64,000 nucleotides of DNA from Anaerolineae bacterium (GCA_034435375.1 DAOTXR010000037.1:76280-140279), one strand, 5' to 3'. Shown: positions 51,993 through 61,554, numbered from the stretch's first letter. A program made the numbers and translations. The notes: generated from the letters alone by a model not told the origin.

Positions 51993-54917
51993 TCATACTT
52001 CGCTGTCAACCAACGCCCCAGCCAGCACTTCAATGGGATGCATGGCGGGCCTGCCGGTGGTGTGATTGATCTGGTCACGGCAGGAAGCGCCGGTCGCGCA
52101 GATGATCGTGTCCGACGGAGCAGCGCGTACCGTGGGAGCCAATGACATCTCGGCCAGCTGCATCGACAGTTTGTAGTGCTCGACCTCGTAGCCGAACGAC
52201 CCAGCCATGCCGCAGCAGCCCGAGTCGATCGACTCGACTGTACAGCCAGGGATCAGACGTAACATCCGGAGCGTACTGTCCATGCCGAACAGGGCTTTCT
52301 GCTGGCAGTGGCCGTGGAGCAGCACCCGGCGCAGCCTGCCGTCGAAACTCAGGTTCAGGCGGCCTGCCTCAGCCTCGCGCATCAGGAATGTCTCAATAGG
52401 CATGGCCATCTGCGCTACAGCCTCAGCATCTTCCCCCCTGGCCAACTCGCGGTACTCATCGACCAGCATGGCAACGCAACTAGGCTCACAACCCACCATC
52501 GGGATGCCGCGATGGGCATATGGAGCCAGCAACGCGATGTTGTGACGCGCCAGCCGTACAGCCTCTCCAAGCAGACCCTTGGAGACTGCCGGTCGGCCAC
52601 AGCACTGCTTGTCGGGCAGGAAGATCACATCACACCCCGCAGCTTCCAGCACCCGAATCGCGGCCTGTCCAATCTGAGGGTGGTTGTGCTCCATAAAAGT
52701 ATCGTGGAGAAACACCACCGGGGTCCGTCGAGCGGATCGGTTGCGGGGCTGCCGTGAAGTGTGTTCACCGTACCACTGGCTGAAGGTGGGGGAGGCTAAC
52801 AGCGGTAGTGGGCGATTCGGATGTACTCCCAGTCGGGTCATGGCCCACCGGCCTGGCCCTCTCAGCACAGCATTGACCAGCGGTGCGAAGGGCTGGATCA
52901 GCCGGTTGATCGCTGCAATGTTGCCAAACATCCATGCACGCAATGGTATGCCGTGCACCCGGTAGTAACCGTGCAGGAATTCTGCCTTCAGTTTTGCCAC
53001 GTCAACCGAGGAGGGACACTCGGATTTACAGGCCTTACATGACAGGCACAGGTCGAGCACTTCGTATACTTCCTGCGAAGCCATGCCGTCTGGCCCCAGC
53101 AGGCCCATCATGGCTGCCCGGAGCGCGTTAGCTCGCCCGCGAGGGCTGTGTGTTTCGTCATGGGTAGCCTGGAAAGATGGACACATCACCCCCTGGCCGA
53201 GTTGGCGGCACACCCCAGCGCCGTTGCACATTTCGACCGCTCTCGCAAAGCCCCCATCCAAGTGAAAGCTGAAGACGGTAAAAGGCGGAGCCTGGGGTGT
53301 TGCGTAGTTGGGGCCATAGCGTAACAGCGCTGGGTTGTCCATCGCAGGCGGATCGACGATTTTGCCAGGGTTCAGGATGCCCTGCGGATCGAAAGCTGCC
53401 TTGACTTGGCGGAAGGCTTGCACCAGCTCTGGCCCGAACACGCGCTCCAAGAATTCGCTGCGGGCAATGCCATTGCCGTGCTCGCTGCTGGGCGTACCGC
53501 CCAGACTGATCGCTAAGTCGATCACGGCTCCTACCACTTCGCGGAGCTGGCGAATGCCCTCCACCGTTTTGAGGTTGAGGAGCGGGCGCATGTGCAGACA
53601 ACCTGCGCTGGCGTGGCCATAGACCGCCATCCGGCCCAGGCCAGCTCGTTGCACAATGTTCAACACACCGTCAACGTAATCTGCCAAGTGTTCAACTGGC
53701 ACGGCGGTGTCCTCGATGAAGGGCAAGGGCTTGGCGTCTCCCCTGACGCTCATCAGGATGCCCAGGGCCGCCTTGCGTGCAGACCACACCCTGAGCTGCG
53801 CTGTCGGGTCTGCCACCATTGTCACTGGCCCGCAATGGTGGGTTCGTCGCAGCACGGCATGGAGGCGTTGCACACCGGCTTCAAGCTCAGCCTCCGACTC
53901 GCCCGCATATTCAACGGCCAGTATTGCCTCCGGGTTGTCCTCGACAAAGGTCTGTAGCTGTTGATGCTCAGGCTTACTACGCGCCAAGTCCAAGATCATG
54001 CGGTCAATCAGCTCGACGGCAGTCGGGGTGCTTTCAAGCAACGCTGGGACAGCCTCCAGTGCAGCACGCATGGATGAGAAGTGCACCAGCGCCAGGCGTG
54101 TCACCTGAGGAGCCGGGACCAGCTTCAGTGTGGCCTCGGTGATGATCGCCAGCGTCCCCTCGGACCCAACCACCAGCCTGGCAATGTTGGCAGAGTCTTC
54201 CTCAACAACATGGTTCAGGTTATAGCCTGCCACCGTGCGCCAGGTCTTAGGGTAATGGGTGGCGATCGGGATAGCGTACTGATCGAGGATCTGTGGCATA
54301 GCCTGGTAGATGGCTCCCTCCAGGCCAGGGCGTTGGCTGCGATCCTCCCACTTGTCTCCCTTCAGCGCATCGAGCCGCGCCCGGCTCCCGTCGGCCAGGA
54401 TTGTCTCCAGCGCGATCACATGGTCGGACGCCATACCGTACACAATCGAGTGTGCGCCGGTCGAATTGTTGCCGATGATGCCCCCCAGTGTTGCACGGTC
54501 GCCGCTGGCCGGGTCGGGGCCAAACATCAGGCCATAGCGCTTGAGATGGGCGTTCAAGTGGCCCAATGTCACGCCCGGCTGCACGCGCGCCGTATGGGTT
54601 TCGGCTTCGATTTCAAGAATGTGGTCCATATGGCGCGTGAAGTCGAGCACCAGAGCGTGGTTGACCGCCTGACCGTCCAGGCTGCTGCCGCCGCCGCGTG
54701 GTAGGATCGGTGCGCCGTGCCGCGCCGCGATCTCAACCGTCGCCGCGACTTCGTCAACGTTGCGTGGGAAGGCCACCCCCAGCGGCACCATCTGGTAGAT
54801 GCTGGCATCGGTGCTGTATAACAGGCGCGTCATGCGGTCGAAGTGAACCTCAGGGAGTGCGTTGCGCAGATCGTGGATCAGTTCCTGGCTAGGCTCGGGG
54901 CTGTGGGATGGGATCAT
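51993..54917 (-). CDS. FAD-linked oxidase fused to an Fe-S/CCG-domain subunit (YdiJ-like 2-hydroxyacid dehydrogenase; GlcD-GlcF fusion architecture)
   Basis: The N terminus is an FAD-binding PCMH-type domain (PRGGGSSLDGQ). The middle has 4Fe-4S ferredoxin-type Cys clusters (CNGAGVCR.., CLSCKACKSECP). Two C-terminal cysteine-rich CCG-like regions follow. Length is 974 aa. Confidence 0.85.
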   Translation of the reverse strand: MIPSHSPEPSQELIHDLRNALPEVHFDRMTRLLYSTDASIYQMVPLGVAFPRNVDEVAATVEIAARHGAPILPRGGGSSLDGQAVNHALVLDFTRHMDHILEIEAETHTARVQPGVTLGHLNAHLKRYGLMFGPDPASGDRATLGGIIGNNSTGAHSIVYGMASDHVIALETILADGSRARLDALKGDKWEDRSQRPGLEGAIYQAMPQILDQYAIPIATHYPKTWRTVAGYNLNHVVEEDSANIARLVVGSEGTLAIITEATLKLVPAPQVTRLALVHFSSMRAALEAVPALLESTPTAVELIDRMILDLARSKPEHQQLQTFVEDNPEAILAVEYAGESEAELEAGVQRLHAVLRRTHHCGPVTMVADPTAQLRVWSARKAALGILMSVRGDAKPLPFIEDTAVPVEHLADYVDGVLNIVQRAGLGRMAVYGHASAGCLHMRPLLNLKTVEGIRQLREVVGAVIDLAISLGGTPSSEHGNGIARSEFLERVFGPELVQAFRQVKAAFDPQGILNPGKIVDPPAMDNPALLRYGPNYATPQAPPFTVFSFHLDGGFARAVEMCNGAGVCRQLGQGVMCPSFQATHDETHSPRGRANALRAAMMGLLGPDGMASQEVYEVLDLCLSCKACKSECPSSVDVAKLKAEFLHGYYRVHGIPLRAWMFGNIAAINRLIQPFAPLVNAVLRGPGRWAMTRLGVHPNRPLPLLASPTFSQWYGEHTSRQPRNRSARRTPVVFLHDTFMEHNHPQIGQAAIRVLEAAGCDVIFLPDKQCCGRPAVSKGLLGEAVRLARHNIALLAPYAHRGIPMVGCEPSCVAMLVDEYRELARGEDAEAVAQMAMPIETFLMREAEAGRLNLSFDGRLRRVLLHGHCQQKALFGMDSTLRMLRLIPGCTVESIDSGCCGMAGSFGYEVEHYKLSMQLAEMSLAPTVRAAPSDTIICATGASCRDQINHTTGRPAMHPIEVLAGALVDSEV

Positions 54918-54989
54918 AACGAACTTGCTCCGGCGACGCGATTCCCGAACGATCTTGGGAGTCGTTCATTGTATCCATGCAGAACGATG

Positions 54990-55022
54990 AACAGGGGACA
55001 CCTGTGACAGATGCCCCCTGTT
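54990..55022 (-). terminator. Possible terminator hairpin after the aminotransferase gene
   Basis: The 8-bp stem AACAGGGG / CCCCTGTT encloses a 17-nt loop. It lies 17 nt downstream of the stop at 55039 and has a weak T tail. Confidence 0.3.
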
Positions 55023-55038
55023 GGGAAGGTGATTGCCT

Positions 55039-56160
55039 CTAACTGTTGCTCAGGATGCGCTCTAAGGCGCCCAGGAGTGTCACCACATTGACAACCCGGC
55101 TGGAATAGCCCATCAGTCCGATCCGCCATACCTTGCCCTTCAGTGCTCCCAAGCCGCCTGCGATCTCGATGTTGTACTCATCCAGCAGGCGGCGGCGGAC
55201 AGCAGTCTCGTCTATCCCGTCCGGAACACGCACCGTCGTCAACGAGGGTAGACGATGATCCTCAGGAACATGCAGGGTCAGATCGAGGTCGGCCAGGCCA
55301 TCCCACAGCAGGCGAGCATTGCTGGCGTGACGGGCAAAGCGGGCTTCTAGCCCTTCCTCGACGGCCAGTCGCAGCGCCTCGCGAAGTGCGTAGTTCATGC
55401 TAATGGGCGCTGTATGGTGATAGGTGCGTTCTGGCCCCCAATACTTGAGGATGAGCGTCATATCGAGGTACCAGTTGGTCACTTTGGTCTTGCGATTCTT
55501 GAGCACCTCCAACGCGCGAGGGCCAATGGCCAACGGAGCCAGTCCCGGCGGCGCACTCAGGCATTTCTGAGACCCTGAATAGGCAATGTCGATGCCCACC
55601 TCAGCCATTCGCACCGGGACTCCGCCCAGCGAAGTCACGGTGTCGGCCAGCAGCAATGCGCCATGAGCGTGGGCAATCCTGGCGATTTCATCCAGCGGCT
55701 GCAGTGCGCCGGTCGAAGTCTCAGCATGGACGATAGCGACCAGCTTGGCGGGGTGCGCCTTAAGCTCCGCCTCGATCTGCGCTGGGTCAAAGATGTCTCC
55801 CCATGCGGCGTCCAGACGCCGCACCTGAGCGCCATAGCGGCTAGCCATCTCGGCCATGCGATCGCCGAAGTACCCGTTCACACATATCAGCACCGGGTCT
55901 CCCATCTCGATGAAGTTGCACAGTGCTGCCTCCATCCCGGCGCTGCCTGTGCCTGAGACCGGAATGGTCAGCGTATCATCGGAAGCCTGGAAGACCACAC
56001 GCATCAGCTCCTGGACTTCGTTCATCAGCGTGATGAACTCCGGGTCCAGGTGCCCCACCAGCGGTGTAGACATGGCGCGTAGCACACGTGGATGGACCAT
56101 ACTTGGACCTGGCCCCAACAGCAGTCGAGGCGAGGGATCAAGTTCCTTGTAGGTCGCCAT
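55039..56160 (-). CDS. Class V aminotransferase (alanine/serine--glyoxylate aminotransferase-like)
   Basis: It begins LLLGPGPSMVHPRVLRAM and has the PLP-lysine context SGSQKCLSAPPG. Length is 373 aa. Confidence 0.88.
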   Translation of the reverse strand: MATYKELDPSPRLLLGPGPSMVHPRVLRAMSTPLVGHLDPEFITLMNEVQELMRVVFQASDDTLTIPVSGTGSAGMEAALCNFIEMGDPVLICVNGYFGDRMAEMASRYGAQVRRLDAAWGDIFDPAQIEAELKAHPAKLVAIVHAETSTGALQPLDEIARIAHAHGALLLADTVTSLGGVPVRMAEVGIDIAYSGSQKCLSAPPGLAPLAIGPRALEVLKNRKTKVTNWYLDMTLILKYWGPERTYHHTAPISMNYALREALRLAVEEGLEARFARHASNARLLWDGLADLDLTLHVPEDHRLPSLTTVRVPDGIDETAVRRRLLDEYNIEIAGGLGALKGKVWRIGLMGYSSRVVNVVTLLGALERILSNS

Positions 56161-56171
56161 AAGCTCTCCTT

Positions 56172-56993
56172 TCAGCCTTGCGAATATACGTCCGGCCGGC
56201 GATCGTCAAAGACCGGGATCCTCTGTCGAATATGGGCCACATGGGACAGATCAACCGTGGCAGTCAGCAGAGTCTCGGACTCATTCCCCTCGATCACAGC
56301 CTCCCCCCAGGCATCGAGGATGACCGAGCGCCCTCCAAAGCGGACTGGTCCTTTGGCCCCCTGCTCTTCTCCGACACGGTTGCAGGCCACCACGACCATC
56401 TGGTTTTCGATAGCACGCGCCCGCAGGAGCGTTTGCCAGTGGGCCATGCGAGGATGTGGCCACTGAGCGGGGATGACTGTCAGCACAGCGCCGCCAAGCG
56501 CGTAGCTGCGGAACAGCTCTGGAAAGCGCAGATCGTAGCAGATGGCAGTGCCTGTGGTTCCCCACGGGAGGTCGAGCAACAAGAGAGCTTCGCCCGGATC
56601 GAGGTAGCGTTCTTCATTCATCAGCCGGAACAGGTGCAGCTTGCGGTAGACGCCCAACACGTCCCCCTCTGGCCCAAACCAAACAGCGGTGTTGTAGGCA
56701 CGAGGTGAAGCTCCTGCTGATGCCGCCGCTGCCAGCTCAAGCATCGAACCGATCACATGGACACGATGCTCCCTAGCCAGGGCGGCCACGCTGGCAAAAC
56801 GTCCTCCTTCTAGCGGAGACCCCAATTGCGCGGCTTGAGCGAGTGCATAGCCGGTGTCCCACAGTTCGGGGAACACCACCAGGTCTGATCCCCGGCGGGC
56901 TGCTTCAGCGATCCACTCTCGCACGCGCGACAGGTTCCGGTCGGGTTGCCCAGCGTGCACATCCATCTGCCCCAGGCTAATTGTCAGGTTCAT
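56172..56993 (-). CDS. Carbon-nitrogen hydrolase (nitrilase superfamily, omega-amidase/Nit2-like)
   Basis: The catalytic E-K-C pattern is VFPELW, YRKLHLF and AICYDLRFPE. Length is 273 aa. Confidence 0.88.
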   Translation of the reverse strand: MNLTISLGQMDVHAGQPDRNLSRVREWIAEAARRGSDLVVFPELWDTGYALAQAAQLGSPLEGGRFASVAALAREHRVHVIGSMLELAAAASAGASPRAYNTAVWFGPEGDVLGVYRKLHLFRLMNEERYLDPGEALLLLDLPWGTTGTAICYDLRFPELFRSYALGGAVLTVIPAQWPHPRMAHWQTLLRARAIENQMVVVACNRVGEEQGAKGPVRFGGRSVILDAWGEAVIEGNESETLLTATVDLSHVAHIRQRIPVFDDRRPDVYSQG

Positions 56994-57075
56994 GGGTTTA
57001 TCGATCCATGTCGAGCGGACGTGGAAAAGCAGGGAGGCGGAACACCCGTTCGATTGCGGGTTGATGCCTGTGTCC

Positions 57076-57101
57076 TATAATGGTCCCCAAGTAAGTATAA
57101 T
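57076..57101 (+). promoter_or_regulatory. Two perfect TATAAT boxes 20 nt apart upstream of the exported repeat protein
   Basis: TATAAT occurs at 57076-57081, with TTGCGG 16 nt upstream, and again at 57096-57101. Pattern only. Confidence 0.3.
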
Positions 57102-57133
57102 TCTGGCTTGTGGGCCGGGCAAGGCTTGGAATC

Positions 57134-58018
57134 ATGCGCAGAACACACAGGGCGCTGCCCCTCCTGATTGCCGCTCTGATAGCCCTAGGGTTCATCGGCG
57201 CTCTGGCGATTCGCGGCGACACACCCCTGCAGAGCCGTTATTACCCACAGACAGGGCGCGTAGTACGTGAACCATTCCTGTCCTTTTTCCTGGAGCATGG
57301 TGGTGTGGCAACCTTCGGGTATCCCCTCACCGATGCCTATCAGGACGAAGATGGTCTATGGGTACAGACTTTCCAGCGTGCCAAATTTCAACTGGCCGTG
57401 CAAGGCGTTGAGCTGGCGCCCATTGGACGTACGCTCAATCTGGGCGACCCGGCAGGCGGTCACGCCGTGGATGCTGTGTTCACCGACTTCTACCGCGAGC
57501 GTGGCGGTGAGGCATTTTTTGGACTGCCGCTGAACGCCGCCCATGATCAGAACGGTGTGTTAGTGCAAGACTTTGAGCGCGCGCGGTTGGTGCATGATGC
57601 TCTGGGCGAAATTCATCTGGCTGACCTGGGTTCTGCCTACCTCACAGTCTTTCCCCCTCCACAGGACATCGGTCAGGCCGCGATCCACTTGCAAGGAGTA
57701 CCCACTCCGCAGCCTAGACTCCGCGCTAGCGTGAGCGTGGCACGACCTACTGTGGGGCATGGTGAACAGCAGACGATTTACCTGGTGCTTGAAGACGAAA
57801 ATGGCAGCCCCGTGACAGGGGCGCAGGCATTGGCTATGTTGCGCTACAACGACGCCGTGGCAGAAGTCACGCTGCCGGATACCGACAGCCGAGGAGTGTC
57901 GCAGACCACATTTATCGTACCTCCTGCGTTGCCGGGATCGCGGGTGGGGGTCGAGGTGTACGTCCTCGCTGGAGAGACCTTCCTCACTGTCGAGACCGCC
58001 TACTTCCAGTGGTGGTGA
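57134..58018 (+). CDS. Exported/anchored protein with two LGFP-like repeats and a C-terminal Ig-like domain
   Basis: The signal/anchor is MRRTHRALPLLIAALIALGFIGALA. Two repeats of about 45 aa are present (F..F....GG...FG.PL..A....G..VQ.F.RA). The C terminus is beta-rich. No confident family assignment. Confidence 0.65.
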   Translation: MRRTHRALPLLIAALIALGFIGALAIRGDTPLQSRYYPQTGRVVREPFLSFFLEHGGVATFGYPLTDAYQDEDGLWVQTFQRAKFQLAVQGVELAPIGRTLNLGDPAGGHAVDAVFTDFYRERGGEAFFGLPLNAAHDQNGVLVQDFERARLVHDALGEIHLADLGSAYLTVFPPPQDIGQAAIHLQGVPTPQPRLRASVSVARPTVGHGEQQTIYLVLEDENGSPVTGAQALAMLRYNDAVAEVTLPDTDSRGVSQTTFIVPPALPGSRVGVEVYVLAGETFLTVETAYFQWW

Positions 58019-58146
58019 CATTAGGTTCCAAAGACCAGACACTGGGCCGGCGAAGCCCATCGGGCCGTTGCTCTGTGGTGGAGAAATCGAGCCAGAATCA
58101 GACAGGATGGTTTTGTCTCACCTGCGGGTGCATACCTGAGGCAGGG

Positions 58147-58452
58147 TCAGTCCTGAGACTTCTCTTTCTTTCTCTCTGGCTTGGCCTGCGGGGTTTCGAC
58201 TTCTTCACTGCCATCTTCCCAACTGATGATCCACACGCAGGCTCCGGCCACCAGGATGGTTGCTACAATCAGCGCGACCCACTGGTAGGGCAGCAACCCT
58301 ACGTGGCGCGCCTCAATCACCAGCAAAATCACCATGCCTGTGGCCAGCACGAACCAGGCTGACAGGCGGGGGTGTCTCTCAATCCAGCGCACCGCAGGGC
58401 CGACTGGCCCGTGGCGCAGGTTGTCGATAGCACGGTTCACAAACTTGGCCAT
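58147..58452 (-). CDS. Small membrane protein, unknown function
   Basis: Length is 101 aa, with two predicted TM helices and a charged C-terminal tail. It lies 19 nt downstream of coaE on the same strand. Confidence 0.55.
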   Translation of the reverse strand: MAKFVNRAIDNLRHGPVGPAVRWIERHPRLSAWFVLATGMVILLVIEARHVGLLPYQWVALIVATILVAGACVWIISWEDGSEEVETPQAKPERKKEKSQD

Positions 58453-58471
58453 GTGACCCCTTTACCAAGGA

Positions 58472-59611
58472 CTAGATTGGTTTCAAGACGCGGTCTGCAC
58501 GCAGCCGCTTGACGAGCATATAAGTGCCCTGAGGAGCTGAATCCTGAGCAGCCTCCCGCCAATCGGGTACGCGCAGGTCGGCAGGGACCTTCTGCTCATA
58601 GCCGGTGGACAGGATGGCCTGACGGACGCTGTCAGGCGTGTTGTTCTTCAGGAAAATCATGGCGATCTCGCTCTGCAGATCGTTGGCGCTGCGCTCGACG
58701 ACCTCCAGCAGCCCGCTGACGGCTTTGTCGATAGGGGCATTGGGCGCCACGATGAACTCGTCTACACGGGCGATCAGATTCTCGACCTGCCAGCCTGCCA
58801 GACCGATCACCTGAGTCCCTGCGTAGGCTAGGGAGTAAGCCTTCTGTCCAAAACGCAGCAGGATGTCAGTGCGGGTGAGTGATACGCCTTGTACCCGGTT
58901 GATGAATAAGGCAATGTCCTCAGCCTGCTTAGGCCCACCCCGGCGCACGCTGATCTCCCCAGCAGGGACCTCGATAACCGGCTCCGGTTCTGGAGGAGCC
59001 TCCTCGATCCCCACGAGCTTGTTGAAGGCCCTTTGGACCTGATTGTAGGTCTCCTCGTACCCGCCGCTGTTGTCGATCACCACATTGGCCCTGGCTAGCT
59101 TGGCAGACTGCGGGGGCTGTGCTCCGATTCGCGTGCGAGCCTCAGCCTCGCTCAACTTACGATCGCGCACCAGCCGCTGGACCTGTAACTCGATTGGTGT
59201 GTCTACCACCCACACGGTATCGCACATGTCGGCCAGCCCAGCCTCGATCAGCTTGATGGCCTCAATGACGACCACCTTCTGCTTGGCCCGCCGGATAAGC
59301 AGATCGATCACCTGGGCAACAATCGGGTGGGTGATCTTTTCCAGCAACGCCAAGGCTCCGGCATCGGCGAACACCACCTGCCCTAGCCGCTGGCGGTCGA
59401 TCTGGCCCTCGCTGGTCAGAATCCACCTGCCAAAAGTCTCGACAATAGGCTGATAAGCAGGCGCACCTGGTGACATGGCGCGATGCGCCAATCCATCGGC
59501 ATCAATGCCGAATGCTCCCAGGTGTTCCAGCATGCGGCGCACCACGCTCTTGCCGGTGGCAATGTTGCCCGTCAGTCCAATGATCGTTTTGTCTGGCCAT
59601 CGCTTGCTCAC
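58472..59611 (-). CDS. coaE: Dephospho-CoA kinase with a C-terminal extension of about 180 aa and unknown function
   Basis: The CoaE N-terminal domain has IGLTGNIATGKS. The extension follows a Pro/Glu linker (EEAPPEPEP). Start chosen at GTG 59611 (GGAG 7 nt upstream); the track's 59677 is possible. Confidence 0.82.
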   Translation of the reverse strand: MSKRWPDKTIIGLTGNIATGKSVVRRMLEHLGAFGIDADGLAHRAMSPGAPAYQPIVETFGRWILTSEGQIDRQRLGQVVFADAGALALLEKITHPIVAQVIDLLIRRAKQKVVVIEAIKLIEAGLADMCDTVWVVDTPIELQVQRLVRDRKLSEAEARTRIGAQPPQSAKLARANVVIDNSGGYEETYNQVQRAFNKLVGIEEAPPEPEPVIEVPAGEISVRRGGPKQAEDIALFINRVQGVSLTRTDILLRFGQKAYSLAYAGTQVIGLAGWQVENLIARVDEFIVAPNAPIDKAVSGLLEVVERSANDLQSEIAMIFLKNNTPDSVRQAILSTGYEQKVPADLRVPDWREAAQDSAPQGTYMLVKRLRADRVLKPI

Positions 59612-59729
59612 TGGGCCGCTCCACACAGGTTGACAACGGATCGGGGTACGTGATCGGTATTCTAGCTGTAGCAGCACCGGGCGTCAAGCAAGGTTCACAT
59701 TGGCCGTAGAGTTGGCTATACTTGCGTCT

Positions 59730-60671
59730 ATGAGACACGGCCTGCTTGTGAGCCTGATCGTTGCGGCGCTGCTGGCAGTTATGTCCGCTTGTTCCTTGTT
59801 TCCATCGGATAGCATGGCCACTTCCTCCATCTCTACTGTGGAGATCGACCTGCGCACCGCCAGTGCGCCCTCTGGCATGTTCACCTCCATTCCCACGGCC
59901 ACTGCTGCGCCTACCCTCACGCCCACTCCCACCTACACTCCCACCCCGACTGCTACACCCACTCCGCCGGCTTGGGATCCTGTTGCGCCTGGGATCAGCC
60001 GGACTTACCTGCCCGTGCCTGTCCCTGAGCGGGACACCCTCGCCTACGCCTACGCTCTGCGCCTCGACCCGAACCGGGTCGCATTTCGGGTATATTATGA
60101 GGGTGACCAGCCACATTCCATCGCTGAGTGGCAGACCATCACTGGTGCGCCGGTGGTTGTGAACGGCGGGTTCTTCTCCGGCGATCATCGCCCTGTGGGA
60201 CGGCTAGTGATCGATGGGGAACTGTACGGTGCGCCGATCAGCACCGAGGAACGGATTGGCACGCCAGGACTTTTTGCTGTGCTCGATGACAGGGTTGAAA
60301 TTTATGCCCTGGGGCGCTCATCGTATAGCCCGCGCGGGATGCGCTTCGACCAAGCAGTCGAGTCCTATCCCATGTTGCTGCTGCCGGGCCGCCAGCCGAC
60401 CTATCCTGACGATGTAGGTCGCCGTGCTCGTCGGACAGTGATCGGGATTGACGACCAGGGATATGTGGTGATTGTGCTGTTCGACAGCTCGGTGTTCTCG
60501 CTGGCCGAGCTGTCGCGGTGGCTGGCTGCGTCTAACCTGAACCTGGACACGGCGCTCAACCTGGACGGTGGGCGGTCGAGCGGCTTGGGTGTAGCATTGC
60601 CCTATGAACAGAAGCTGATCGAGGCTTATGTCCCGTTGCCAATCGTCATTGGGGTGTTTCTTAACCCTTAG
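59730..60671 (+). CDS. Phosphodiester glycosidase family (DUF2233/NAGPA-like) lipoprotein
   Basis: The signal MRHGLLVSLIVAALLAVMSAC has a lipobox and is followed by a Pro/Thr linker. The C-terminal domain ends ..ALNLDGGRSSG, typical of the family. Confidence 0.78.
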   Translation: MRHGLLVSLIVAALLAVMSACSLFPSDSMATSSISTVEIDLRTASAPSGMFTSIPTATAAPTLTPTPTYTPTPTATPTPPAWDPVAPGISRTYLPVPVPERDTLAYAYALRLDPNRVAFRVYYEGDQPHSIAEWQTITGAPVVVNGGFFSGDHRPVGRLVIDGELYGAPISTEERIGTPGLFAVLDDRVEIYALGRSSYSPRGMRFDQAVESYPMLLLPGRQPTYPDDVGRRARRTVIGIDDQGYVVIVLFDSSVFSLAELSRWLAASNLNLDTALNLDGGRSSGLGVALPYEQKLIEAYVPLPIVIGVFLNP

Positions 60672-60741
60672 GGACTGACCATGCCACGATCGTCGCCGGA
60701 CCACTGGTTCGAGATCGCCTCTGATCGCGGAGCAGAACCCG

Positions 60742-61491
60742 ATGTTTGAATCTGTGTCGGTGATCTACCGCTCGATCTTCGCTGTGCTGTGCGCCACCTG
60801 GGTGGGAGCCTATGCCGTCGGCATGCTGCGTGGCAAGCCCAACGCCGACCGTTCGCGGCGGTTGCCGATTGGGGCCAAGGTCACCATGATCGCCGTGGTG
60901 TTGGTCTGTGGTATGCTGTGGTGGCTGGGCTTGGCAAGAGACACCCCCGCTGCCCGATTTGCCGCCTGGATTGTGTCCGGTTTGGTCGTCGGGGCAGGCG
61001 GCGACTTGCTAATGGCTGGCCTGTTTGCCATGCCCAGGGCTGAGATCGCCGCCATGGCTGCCTTCGGCGTGGGACATGTATGTTACGCCGTTGCGTGTCT
61101 CTTGGCGCGATCTTTGCTGGATCGGACCGAGAGCGGGCCAGCGCTCACTGCCGCAGGACTTGGCATCACCGTAGGTGTGCTTGGGTGGATCGCGCTAATC
61201 CGCCGCCCCGATGGCTCCCACACCATGAATGTCGCCAGTTTGCTCTATGGGCTGCTGCTGTTTGCCGCTCTGGGCATTGCAGTCGGGCTGTGGATCGAGA
61301 CTGGCGCACTGGCGCTCTTGGCGCTGGGATTGGCACTGTTCGCCGCCTCAGATTTGCTATTGGCTCAGGTCCTGGTGCGCGGACGCGGCTTTCCCTATAT
61401 CCGGGATGTAGTATGGATCATCTACAGCACTGGCCAGCTACTGATCGCTTTCTCCATTGGGGCTGTGCTAGTGGCAGTGCAGGGCATATGA
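60742..61491 (+). CDS. YhhN-family (lysoplasmalogenase-like) membrane protein
   Basis: It has eight or so TM helices, GGDLLM in the N-terminal half and FAASDLLLA in the C-terminal half, as in YhhN proteins. Confidence 0.72.
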   Translation: MFESVSVIYRSIFAVLCATWVGAYAVGMLRGKPNADRSRRLPIGAKVTMIAVVLVCGMLWWLGLARDTPAARFAAWIVSGLVVGAGGDLLMAGLFAMPRAEIAAMAAFGVGHVCYAVACLLARSLLDRTESGPALTAAGLGITVGVLGWIALIRRPDGSHTMNVASLLYGLLLFAALGIAVGLWIETGALALLALGLALFAASDLLLAQVLVRGRGFPYIRDVVWIIYSTGQLLIAFSIGAVLVAVQGI

Positions 61492-61523
61492 AGCTGTCCT
61501 GCGTCGCTTAAGAGCGGTGTCAG

Positions 61524-61551
61524 AGGCCAGCTGGGCGCCCAGCTGGCCTCC
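61524..61551. terminator. Perfect 28-nt palindrome between convergent genes (hairpin terminator candidate)
   Basis: The palindrome is GAGGCCAGCTGGGC|GCCCAGCTGGCCTC. Neither side has a clear T tract. Confidence 0.45.
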
Positions 61552-61554
61552 CGG

